Source: a virus
Taxonomy: Duplodnaviria > Caudoviricetes
Virus record (IMG/VR): IMGVR_UViG_3300000872_000015
Coordinates: 1 to 44,970 of that record
DNA length: 44,970 nucleotides
Direction: 5' to 3' (one strand)
Positions 20,094 through 27,828 of the stretch are shown one piece after another. The notes under the pieces are model-generated. The model was not told the DNA's origin. It saw only the letters and a program-made list of their open reading frames with translations, and ran no database searches. The position numbers and the translations under genes were made by a program. Position 1 is the stretch's first letter; each line of letters begins with the position of its first letter.

Positions 20094-20741
20094 TTATGTA
20101 TTTTCTATCATTAATAAATCCGGTTTAAATACAGGCGGTGGATTAATACCCGGCTCCCATGTTGCGCAATCTTCACTTTGCGGTTTGCGAGGCATTTTCC
20201 CTGCTCGTATTTCGTTCAAAACTTTTTCAAATAGGATTATTCCAAGAGGTAGGAGTTTTTCTCTCCAAAGCGATGTTGGTGTGTCTGATGTGGAAATAAA
20301 TACAAAATCTTGAGCAGCTATATCTCCCTTGTCAATTCCGGCGTTTAACCAATATATTGAGCCACCTGTTATTGCGTCATTCATTTTTATTGCCCACCTT
20401 ACCGAATCCCGTCCGCGATGTCGAGGTAGGAGAGAAGGATGGTATCCTATCCATCCAATCTTTGCTTTATATCTTGTCCGTTTTCCTACAAAATCAAACG
20501 AGTGCGCCGCTATCCCCAAATCCACATTGTTGGGGAAACTATCCCCGTTTAATGTACCTGCAGGTATTATTGGAATCATTAATCTTTTAGCTGCTAAATA
20601 AAGTCTGTCGGGTTTGTCCTTATCTACAGGGCAACAAACCCCGATAATGTTTAATTTTAGCTTATGATAGCATAATCTTAGTACCTCTGCCCCAAAATAC
20701 TTTTGCCCCGAAATAAATACGTTTAAATTACCTTTTTCCAT
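20094..20741 (-). CDS. Formyltransferase (N10-formyl-THF dependent), catalytic domain only
   Basis: GYHPSLLPRHRG and IDKGDI motifs; too short to include the Fmt C-terminal domain; likely ATG at 20741. Confidence 0.85.
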   Translation of the reverse strand: MEKGNLNVFISGQKYFGAEVLRLCYHKLKLNIIGVCCPVDKDKPDRLYLAAKRLMIPIIPAGTLNGDSFPNNVDLGIAAHSFDFVGKRTRYKAKIGWIGYHPSLLPRHRGRDSVRWAIKMNDAITGGSIYWLNAGIDKGDIAAQDFVFISTSDTPTSLWREKLLPLGIILFEKVLNEIRAGKMPRKPQSEDCATWEPGINPPPVFKPDLLMIENT

Positions 20742-20829
20742 AGCCGTAATAGATTTCAAATAATGTCGGCTTTTTTACTTTAAGCCTTATTAATAATTTT
20801 CTTATTGCTTTTCTCGCTTTATCTTTCAT
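20728..20829 (-). CDS. 33-aa basic micro-ORF MKDKARKAIRKLLIRLKVKKPTLFEIYYGYGKR
   Basis: Overlaps both the GNAT end and the formyltransferase start. Confidence 0.4.
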   Translation of the reverse strand: MKDKARKAIRKLLIRLKVKKPTLFEIYYGYGKR

Positions 20830-21342
20830 TTCCGATATATTTAAACCCCTGTACTGCCCGAAAATGACCTCCATATCCAGTGCCTACTTTATTCCCCGAC
20901 TTTGCTATAGACGCTTTACTTCTTGCCTTATTCGCCCCATATAGCTGTGCGCTTTTTTGCACCCACTGTTTCGAGCGTTTCAGATAAGCTATGAGCTGTG
21001 GGTGCGAGGTATGGAAGAATGTCCCGTATTTCTTGTTTTTTCGTCCGTTACCCTCTAAATGATATTGCGCTACCCAGTTTAAAAACTTTGTTCCAACTCC
21101 TGCGCCCTGCCATTCGGGCATAACTACCAATCTCGTGGCTCTATATCCATTGGCCGTAAATAAGGGGGAAACCATAAGGTGCGAAACAGGTTCTCCATTT
21201 ACTACACCAATAAACGCTTCCGCCGCCGGAGGTATCGGTAAGTCTAAATAATAATGTGGCTTAAACAATTGCCAGTATGAGTAGTCAACCTTCCAAAATT
21301 CCAAGTCAATCTCTGGCCGTTTCCCGATTTCGTTTTTTTTTT
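20819..21342 (-). CDS. GNAT (Mom-like) acetyltransferase domain, probably joined to the ABC ATPase by frameshift
   Basis: RLVVMPEWQGAGVG acetyl-CoA motif; W..FKPHYYL; no ATG at the domain start (ORF-track start is TTG), frame open back to the A10 run. Confidence 0.75.
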
Positions 21343-21945
21343 AAAGGTTTTATTCCCTGTGTCATATACCCAATCGGGTTGTAGCCATTCGATAATATCG
21401 TAATGACAGCTGAGTAAAACAATACGCTTCCCCTTGTTTCTTCGCCAACCCTTAGAGAATGCCAACGCCCCGATTTTTGCAATTTGCCTATCGATTACCG
21501 ATGTAAACTCATCAACAACGGAATTATCGGGGGCTTCTACCATTACACGGGCTAACCCCGCACGGAATTGTTGCCCGTTTGATAGAGCGTGAAACGGTCT
21601 TAGCCACGACGGTACGTCTCCAAGCCCTACGTTTGCAAGCGCGCCCGTTACCGTGTTAAAATCTCCTTTTGGAGCGATACAGTCTATTACTGGCTTGTCT
21701 TTTTCCCAACCGGAATATATGTCTATAATCCTATTTGTGTCAAAGAACGATTTGCCGATGCTTGTTTTACCTGTGCCAGACGGCCCGACAATTAGTCCAA
21801 TCTGCCACTCGTCCGGAATGTCAATTTCATCTTTGAGTATAAACTCGTTCCCGCGCTCCGGATTAAATAAACTTTTTACGCGGGATGCCCGGTACGAATT
21901 ATAATCTTCGCACCGGTTTACCACATTAATTATCATAATTACCAC
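21244..21945 (-). CDS. Soluble ABC-type ATPase
   Basis: GPSGTGKT, LSNGQ signature, VVDEF, CH switch; no permease nearby. Confidence 0.85.
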   Translation of the reverse strand: MVIMIINVVNRCEDYNSYRASRVKSLFNPERGNEFILKDEIDIPDEWQIGLIVGPSGTGKTSIGKSFFDTNRIIDIYSGWEKDKPVIDCIAPKGDFNTVTGALANVGLGDVPSWLRPFHALSNGQQFRAGLARVMVEAPDNSVVDEFTSVIDRQIAKIGALAFSKGWRRNKGKRIVLLSCHYDIIEWLQPDWVYDTGNKTFKKKTKSGNGQRLTWNFGRLTTHTGNCLSHIII

Positions 21946-21946
21946 A

Positions 21947-22519
21947 TTATGTTACCACTACCTTACATGCATATCCTTGCGCTTGTAAGGCTTCAAATAT
22001 TTCTTTTTGATTATCCTCGTTTTTACAAATTACTATTACACCGTATTGAGATTCAAACTCGCCCTCCTCGGGTTCTTGGTAGTTTATTTTCTCCGTTTCG
22101 GTATTTATTTCTATCTCCTCAATGTCGATAGGTAAGTTTTCAATATCAATTTTGTACATCTCGAACAGCCCCGTTTCGGGATTTATGTCCGAATACCTTG
22201 AGTTAAATAGAAGTATTTCCTCAACGGCTTCTTTCTTTGTTTTTGCCTGTACCTCGTAATAGGGAACGGGCGGTATTTGCCAACCTTCAGCTCTTAGCAT
22301 GGTAAGAACTATCTTTCTACGGTGTGCATCTATTATGTATTTCTTACCGTCTTTATCTATCCAACAAACAAAGGGGTATTTAAAGCCCCTTTCGATAACA
22401 ATGTTTTTGAGCTTGAGCGTTTTTTCGGGAACTTCAATCTTAAAATCCTCTTGAAGTTCTATAAACTCCTCAAAATCACACACAGGGAGTTTTGATTTAT
22501 TAAATACCTCTATTTTCAT
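21947..22519 (-). CDS. ParB/Srx-like N-terminal domain protein
   Basis: GFKYPF..W...YIIDAHRR motif; ATG at 22519, since the ORF-track start lies in the leader hairpin. Confidence 0.7.
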   Translation of the reverse strand: MKIEVFNKSKLPVCDFEEFIELQEDFKIEVPEKTLKLKNIVIERGFKYPFVCWIDKDGKKYIIDAHRRKIVLTMLRAEGWQIPPVPYYEVQAKTKKEAVEEILLFNSRYSDINPETGLFEMYKIDIENLPIDIEEIEINTETEKINYQEPEEGEFESQYGVIVICKNEDNQKEIFEALQAQGYACKVVVT

Positions 22520-22532
22520 AACCACATTTTTA

Positions 22533-22638
22533 CATAAAAAAAGCCCTACCCATATCAATGGGCGGGCTTTACTGTTAAAACAAAGGTAGGTATAATTATG
22601 TGCGAGCCGTAATTAAGTTATTAACGCCGTTTTTAACG
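22533..22638 (-). promoter_or_regulatory. Late promoter B (second copy of the element)
   Basis: CGTTAAAAAC-GG-CGTTAATAAC box, TACCTTTG at 22588-22581 with the same box spacing as copy A, ACAGTAAAGCC hairpin with T7. Confidence 0.75.
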
Positions 22639-22763
22639 AGAAATAATTATCTTTAGGGACATTAAATCAAAATCTACTACTTAAAATGGCTTTTATTTTA
22701 CGATAAATAAAATGTCAGTTCTTTTTTATGTAGATTCATTTAACTATTAAAAAGGATTAAAAA

Positions 22764-23171
22764 ATGGATAAATATTTCACACTTGAATCCATTAGTGCAA
22801 TTATAACAATTTTGTCTTTTGCATTTGGAATTTGGCAATATTCGCAGAATAGAAAGATTAAAAGAATAATTACATTAGAAGCAGTGGAATTACACAATAA
22901 TATTGCAATGGCTCTTGGTGCAATCCAAGAAGCAAAAACAGAAATTGGAAATAGGGAAATATCCAATTTCGAAGTTGGTAGAGCTGAAGGTTTGAGTCAG
23001 GCAGTGCTTCACGAAAGTGCAAAACTTTATTGCAATTTGGCAGGAACTAAAGTTGAAGATATTGACAGGTTAATTAAAGCTGGACAGCTAAACGAAGATT
23101 ATAAAGATCTTTATTATTCATTCTCTTCGAATAAAAGATGGCGTTTTAATAGAAAATCAAATTTAAAGTAA
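22764..23171 (+). CDS. Moron membrane-anchored hypothetical protein
   Basis: N-terminal TM helix, AT-rich, opposite strand to flanking genes. Confidence 0.65.
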   Translation: MDKYFTLESISAIITILSFAFGIWQYSQNRKIKRIITLEAVELHNNIAMALGAIQEAKTEIGNREISNFEVGRAEGLSQAVLHESAKLYCNLAGTKVEDIDRLIKAGQLNEDYKDLYYSFSSNKRWRFNRKSNLK

Positions 23172-23180
23172 ACAAATAAT

Positions 23181-23606
23181 ATGGATGAAATAATAAAATA
23201 TTCATTACCTATTATTGGTGTAATCATTGGAGCTAGTGTACAGTTTATCTTCTCCAAAAAAAATGAAACAAAAAAACAGCAAAACCTACTGAAAACGACT
23301 GCATATACAGATTTTCTCAAAGCAGTTGCTGGACTTGCAATAACTCAAAGATTTTCAGATAAAGAGAAAGAAATGGAATATTTGATTTTATTGACAGATG
23401 CTAAAGCTAGGATGTCTGTTTATGGTGGTAATTTGGTAATTAAAAAAGCAGCTAATTTCGAACGAATAGGACCAGTATTAGATAATCCAAAATCCAATAA
23501 AGCCTATACATTATTAGTTTCGGAAATGAGAAAAGATAACCAGCAGGGTAAGAACACAGAATTAAATGATATATCACAATTGCTATTAGGTAAGAATATA
23601 GAATAA
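23181..23606 (+). CDS. Moron membrane-anchored hypothetical protein
   Basis: N-terminal IIGVIIGA helix. Confidence 0.65.
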   Translation: MDEIIKYSLPIIGVIIGASVQFIFSKKNETKKQQNLLKTTAYTDFLKAVAGLAITQRFSDKEKEMEYLILLTDAKARMSVYGGNLVIKKAANFERIGPVLDNPKSNKAYTLLVSEMRKDNQQGKNTELNDISQLLLGKNIE

Positions 23607-23652
23607 CGCTTTATAAAATAGCTTTATTGTTGTATAACAATGAAAATTAGAT

Positions 23653-24384
23653 ATGGGAAAACTTGCAATTATTTCACTTGTAATTCTTTTATTATTGACA
23701 CTTTCCGGTGCTTTGTTTGTTGAAAAGAAAATTAGTGATCAGCTCAAATTAGTTTTAGCAACAATAGTGGGAATTTTTAGTACTTTTTTAGGTGTAACTC
23801 TTGGGCTATATTTGACTAATGTTGAAAATAAGCAGTTAGAAAGAGATAACACATTTAAATATTTATATGTAGCACAAAAGGACATTGAAACAGCTCAAAA
23901 TTTAGTAATTAGTATTTATTATGATGAGCTAAACAAGTTTCATGGAAAACATATTGAAAATAAAGATGTACTTCATGTTGGATCTAGTCGAAAGTTTGAA
24001 ATTCCTTTTCCTCTCACGATCAAGACAATCTTGAAGTCAGATGTTTTTCCAAAACATTTACCTTTTAGATTATATGAACAACTTAACTTTTGCTATCACA
24101 ATCAAGTAAATACGAAAAAACTTATCCAGACAAGCGCTGAATCTGAATCTAAAACTAATGATCTACAACTTGTCAGGGAATTGAGAGATTATATCATTCT
24201 ATTAAGTTTCAGCTATTATTGCATCAAAATTGAACTTGATTTTGAACAAGGTAAATTTTTGAACGAAGATGCTGTCGATAAATATGAACAAGGATTTGAG
24301 ATAACAAAAAAAATGCTTAAAAATAAAGAGTGTAATCAGCTTTTAAATAAGGAATTAAAAAAATTAGTTGTTGAAATCAATTAA
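23653..24384 (+). CDS. Moron protein with two N-terminal TM helices
   Basis: Hydrophobic residues about 5-55, AT-rich. Confidence 0.65.
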   Translation: MGKLAIISLVILLLLTLSGALFVEKKISDQLKLVLATIVGIFSTFLGVTLGLYLTNVENKQLERDNTFKYLYVAQKDIETAQNLVISIYYDELNKFHGKHIENKDVLHVGSSRKFEIPFPLTIKTILKSDVFPKHLPFRLYEQLNFCYHNQVNTKKLIQTSAESESKTNDLQLVRELRDYIILLSFSYYCIKIELDFEQGKFLNEDAVDKYEQGFEITKKMLKNKECNQLLNKELKKLVVEIN

Positions 24385-24453
24385 AACTCCTCACAACAAA
24401 AGCTAAATTTCATGGGGTGACGTGGTATTTAGCTTTGTTTAATAATCTGTTGA

Positions 24454-24816
24454 TTAGCCCATTTTGTCAAATTCAGGCGTTTGCCCCTTAAATAAACCGC
24501 TTACCTTATTTCGGAATATTTTATCAGTATCATATAGATTTTTAACCGTCTTGCAACTATGCATTGCAGTTGCGTGATCTTTTTCGAAATATGCGCCTGC
24601 TTCTGCATAAGACATTCTGTCGTCACCGGTTGGATTTTTTAAAAACATCCGGAATAAAGCTATTGTTACATTTCTTATGTCAACATACTCGCGCTTTCTG
24701 TTTTTATTATTAGTCCTGACCTTTACAGGATCTTGCTCGAAAATGCTACATGTTTTTATAAAGAATGCCTCTTTTGTATCTGTTATGCCCGGTATAGAAT
24801 ATGCGCTAAATTTCAT
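24454..24816 (-). CDS. DnaA C-terminal (domain IV)-like DNA-binding protein
   Basis: RKREYVDIR...SYAEAGAYFEKDHATAMH resembles the DnaA_C signature. Confidence 0.75.
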   Translation of the reverse strand: MKFSAYSIPGITDTKEAFFIKTCSIFEQDPVKVRTNNKNRKREYVDIRNVTIALFRMFLKNPTGDDRMSYAEAGAYFEKDHATAMHSCKTVKNLYDTDKIFRNKVSGLFKGQTPEFDKMG

Positions 24817-24818
24817 AC

Positions 24819-25490
24819 TTATTTCTTTCTAAAATCTGTTTTGTGATTCATAGGAATTACATTAAACAATAGGTTCATCCTACTAATTGTGCGGTCGTCA
24901 TACATATCTTCCATTCGGTTTAAATTTGTTGTCCCGAATGTTAACATTCCTAGTTCCTCTCTAATGCTAATAATTTCTTCAACTACATTCATTTTGTTGC
25001 CGAAGCTGATACTTTCTTCCTGCTCTTTACCAATGTCGTCAATAACCAAACAAGGGAAATTTGCATATTTCTGAATAACAGAATAACCACCTTGAGGCGA
25101 TTGAAATTCTCCTGCAATTTTCTTTACATTTACAATCTTTGCCGAAATCGGTAGGTTTTTCCCATTTTCCGAATAAAATAGATTATCAATTTTTGCAAAA
25201 TAATTGAAAGCTCTAAACAAGAATGTTTTCCCTGTTCCCGTATGACCTTTGAACAAAATGCCTTTTGTGAAATCTAAATCATTACCTAGCATGTAAGCCC
25301 AATTAATAAGTGTCTGTATCTGCTCCGCTACGATTTCGCGATCAAATGTTTTTTCTTTCTTTTTCAGAAATTCATTAGCTATTTCACTAAACATTCTGAC
25401 AGCTCCCGGCACATTTGTAAGTTCCGGTACTCGTAGCCGTTTTACCCCAATCTCATTGGCAATTCGTGCTTTTATATCTTCAAGTTCCAT
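24819..25490 (-). CDS. DnaC/IstB-like ATPase (helicase loader)
   Basis: GHTGTGKT, LVIDDIG, TTNL, DDRTISR. Confidence 0.85.
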   Translation of the reverse strand: MELEDIKARIANEIGVKRLRVPELTNVPGAVRMFSEIANEFLKKKEKTFDREIVAEQIQTLINWAYMLGNDLDFTKGILFKGHTGTGKTFLFRAFNYFAKIDNLFYSENGKNLPISAKIVNVKKIAGEFQSPQGGYSVIQKYANFPCLVIDDIGKEQEESISFGNKMNVVEEIISIREELGMLTFGTTNLNRMEDMYDDRTISRMNLLFNVIPMNHKTDFRKK

Positions 25491-25491
25491 C

Positions 25492-26196
25492 TTATAACTT
25501 TTTATCGTATTGGTTTACACTTTCATTTTTGAACTTCGTACTAGTTCCATTGTTGAATTTTTTATCATTCTCGAACCAAGTTCCAAGTCTGCGTTTAATA
25601 TTAAAGCTTGTTTGTTTCTCAAATCTCATCTTTTTATCCCGTGTTCCATGTTCGCTCCAGTACTCGTAAAATTTACGGAGTTTTACCTTGTCCTCATAGT
25701 CCGTCCCACTAGCAACCTTCCAGATCTCATTCATAAAATCAGAAGATCTTTGTTCAATTGTTTTTTTTGAGGGAGAGGGATTTTTAATCCCGTTACTTTC
25801 TTTCTTTTGTTTAGTTTTGTTTAGTTTATCTTTACTCATCCCTGACCTCGTCCGAACCTCGCCCGTTACCTCGTCCGACACCTCACCTTGAACCTCTGCC
25901 GTTACCTCGTCCTTTTTTCCAAAGGCTAAAGAATAGGTTACGTTTGAAATTCCGTTCTGAGTTTTAAATTCGATTAAATCAGCTTGCTTTAACTGATTTC
26001 TTGCACCACACAGGCTTTTATATGAAATATCAAGCGTTGCTTCAATTTTCTTATTGTTGTGTTTAAAGGATTCTTTCCACGAACATCCGTTGTTTATCTT
26101 CAATAAATAGAAGTATAAAGCAACTGTTGTTGGTCGGAAGGAATACTCTTCGTTCACATCCCAAAACCTGTTTATTAGTTCAATGTAATTCATCAT
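25492..26196 (-). CDS. Replication initiator protein
   Basis: N-terminal wHTH-like region (ALYFYLL), internal iterons, next to the DnaC-like gene. Confidence 0.8.
   Translation of the reverse strand: MMNYIELINRFWDVNEEYSFRPTTVALYFYLLKINNGCSWKESFKHNNKKIEATLDISYKSLCGARNQLKQADLIEFKTQNGISNVTYSLAFGKKDEVTAEVQGEVSDEVTGEVRTRSGMSKDKLNKTKQKKESNGIKNPSPSKKTIEQRSSDFMNEIWKVASGTDYEDKVKLRKFYEYWSEHGTRDKKMRFEKQTSFNIKRRLGTWFENDKKFNNGTSTKFKNESVNQYDKKL
25805..25912. repeat. Iterons, probable replication origin
   Basis: ACCTC cores at 25845, 25856, 25868, 25880, 25892, 25904 (11-12 bp period) next to AT-rich TTTTGTTTAG repeats. Confidence 0.8.
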
Positions 26197-26203
26197 ATAT
26201 TTA

Positions 26204-26437
26204 TTATTCTGTCACGCATCCCAAAACATTAACACAATTCTCTCGAATCCATCTTTTTGTTCGGTATTTTCCATTGCAGAAATAGCAGTAAGAGCCACCA
26301 ATTAATTGTTCTTTTAATTGTTTTAATGATAGATTAAACACTTGACTGTCAACAGTTATAAGAACATCATAGCACATCCATTTGATTGTTTCGCTTAAAT
26401 TAGATTCTATTTCTTGTTTTGTTAATAGCTTATTCAT
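26204..26437 (-). CDS. Hypothetical protein
   Basis: ORF co-oriented in the early operon. Confidence 0.5.
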   Translation of the reverse strand: MNKLLTKQEIESNLSETIKWMCYDVLITVDSQVFNLSLKQLKEQLIGGSYCYFCNGKYRTKRWIRENCVNVLGCVTE

Positions 26438-26480
26438 TGTATTTCAAGTATTTCGTCTATAATGTACTTATATAACGTAG

Positions 26481-26672
26481 TTATAGGGCATTGAAATCAG
26501 CTTCCAACCTGCTAATAGCATAACAAATCCCATCGTGAGCTAATTCACGAGCAATAGTGAAGTCTTTGTCTTCGTCTCTTTTCTTCATTTGTTCTATTTG
26601 TGTCTTTTTAACCCTAAAATGTGAGAGTTTATCTTGAATAAACTTAGCCTGTTCATAAGTGTCTTTTGTCAT
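26481..26672 (-). CDS. Cassette 1 hypothetical protein (MTKDTYEQ...)
   Basis: Stop codon TAA lies within the GTTATAGGGC cassette boundary. Confidence 0.6.
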   Translation of the reverse strand: MTKDTYEQAKFIQDKLSHFRVKKTQIEQMKKRDEDKDFTIARELAHDGICYAISRLEADFNAL

Positions 26673-26691
26673 ATCAATATAAATCAACGCC

Positions 26692-26823
26692 CTATAACAA
26701 TTTGTATAGCAAAGCAGGGGCGTATTCTGTATTTGCTATTTTTGTTCATTTGTGTTGTTTAGGTCCGGCTTGAAAAGATTGTACATCTAATCCCTGCCTT
26801 GCCATACAAGTCAACCGTTATGC
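26692..26823 (+). mobile_element. attC-like site 1 (132 bp)
   Basis: CTATAAC ... TTGTATAGCAAAGCAGGG / CCCTGCCTTGCCATACAA ... GTTATGC. Confidence 0.75.
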
Positions 26824-26824
26824 A

Positions 26825-27028
26825 CTATTTAAGGTAATCTTCAAGTGCATTACATATTGCAACCGCTAAATTTCCATCTTGTCGTTTAGCTTCTGTAAGT
26901 AAGTGTTGTATTGTTCCGCAATACCAATCTTTGTGTTCATCATCACTGTCAAGTTTGTTTAATTCAGGTAATAAACAGTGCATAACACACTGTATAAGGT
27001 CATTTTGCTCTTCTTTGTTGTTGCTCAT
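26825..27028 (-). CDS. Cassette 2 hypothetical protein starting inside attC 2
   Basis: ATG at 27028 in the attC loop; LIQCVMHC is encoded by the attC arm. Confidence 0.6.
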   Translation of the reverse strand: MSNNKEEQNDLIQCVMHCLLPELNKLDSDDEHKDWYCGTIQHLLTEAKRQDGNLAVAICNALEDYLK

Positions 27029-27111
27029 GTCTTTATATTTAAGTTTGTAATTCTAATCAAGTGTGGTGCTGTTCGCAAGGCAAAACGCCTCATACAGCAT
27101 CTACGTTATCG
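26980..27111 (+). mobile_element. attC-like site 2 (132 bp)
   Basis: GCATAAC ... CTGTATAAGG..TTTTGC / GCAAAA..CCTCATACAG ... GTTATCG. Confidence 0.75.
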
Positions 27112-27558
27112 GCAATTTGAAAAAGGGTTCTGCTTAAATATGACAATCATACTCGGAAATGGAGCTGAGTTTTTTGCGTTGCCAAATTTTAAACGTCCTT
27201 TGATAAATTCGACATCCACTCCATACATCATATAGATCCAATCGTGAAACCATCGTGTATCAGTTCGAGCTGGTAGTAATGCGACAATCTTAATACCTTT
27301 TTGCGCTTCATTATAAGCCTTTTTAACCCATTTGCTTATTTCAGTTCCGTATGGCGGATTCATCCAACACGCCTTATAATTACTCCAATCTTGTTTTAAT
27401 CCATCTATTTTAGGAGAAAAGTAATTGTCGCATTTTGCATTTTCAGCAATAGCACAAACGTCGCAATCAAAATTATGTATTTCGTTTAAACTATCGAATA
27501 AGTTTTGTGGCGTTTCCCACATCTCTGTTTTGCTTGTAAATAATCCTTTATTCATCAT
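27106..27558 (-). CDS. Phage Dam-type DNA N6-adenine methyltransferase (cassette 3)
   Basis: WETPQ, DVCA, WMNPPYG, LPARTDTRWFH, GRLKF motifs. Confidence 0.9.
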   Translation of the reverse strand: MMNKGLFTSKTEMWETPQNLFDSLNEIHNFDCDVCAIAENAKCDNYFSPKIDGLKQDWSNYKACWMNPPYGTEISKWVKKAYNEAQKGIKIVALLPARTDTRWFHDWIYMMYGVDVEFIKGRLKFGNAKNSAPFPSMIVIFKQNPFSNCR

Positions 27559-27589
27559 TGTTTAAAATTTATTTAGTGTAACAAACTGC

Positions 27590-27653
27590 CGATAACACCG
27601 GCTCATATGCCATTCCGTTTCACTGCACGGCACATAGCAGATCTACGTTATGC
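27590..27653 (+). mobile_element. attC-like site 3 (64 bp)
   Basis: CGATAAC ... GCTCATATGCC / GGCACATAGC ... GTTATGC. Confidence 0.7.
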
Positions 27654-27828
27654 AATTATATCAGCTATTAAACGGGACACTTCCACGAGAATTATTAGTA
27701 AGCTTATTGGTATTATCATGGCTTTTCTTTTCTCCAATCAGGACATCCCGACCTTGTTTTAAAATAATTGTAGAATAATGGTTTGCATTTATTCCTGTCA
27801 TGTTGGTATTTGCAGTTATTACAGTTTC

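Noticed and set aside
20094-20741. Formyltransferase as a true Fmt for the phage tRNA(CAU)
   Set aside because: It lacks the Fmt C-terminal tRNA-binding domain and lies in the late packaging operon far from the tRNA. Not excluded, but unsupported.
21244-21945. ABC transporter
   Set aside because: There is no permease or substrate-binding protein, and it is linked to a GNAT.
89-22131. Many plus-strand ORFs overlapping structural genes (e.g. 7734-8324, 13870-14514)
   Set aside because: They are antisense shadows of well-supported minus-strand genes and have no recognisable motifs.
25845-25912. Short periodic repeats as a CRISPR array
   Set aside because: The period is 12 bp with no spacers, inside the initiator gene; this fits iterons.
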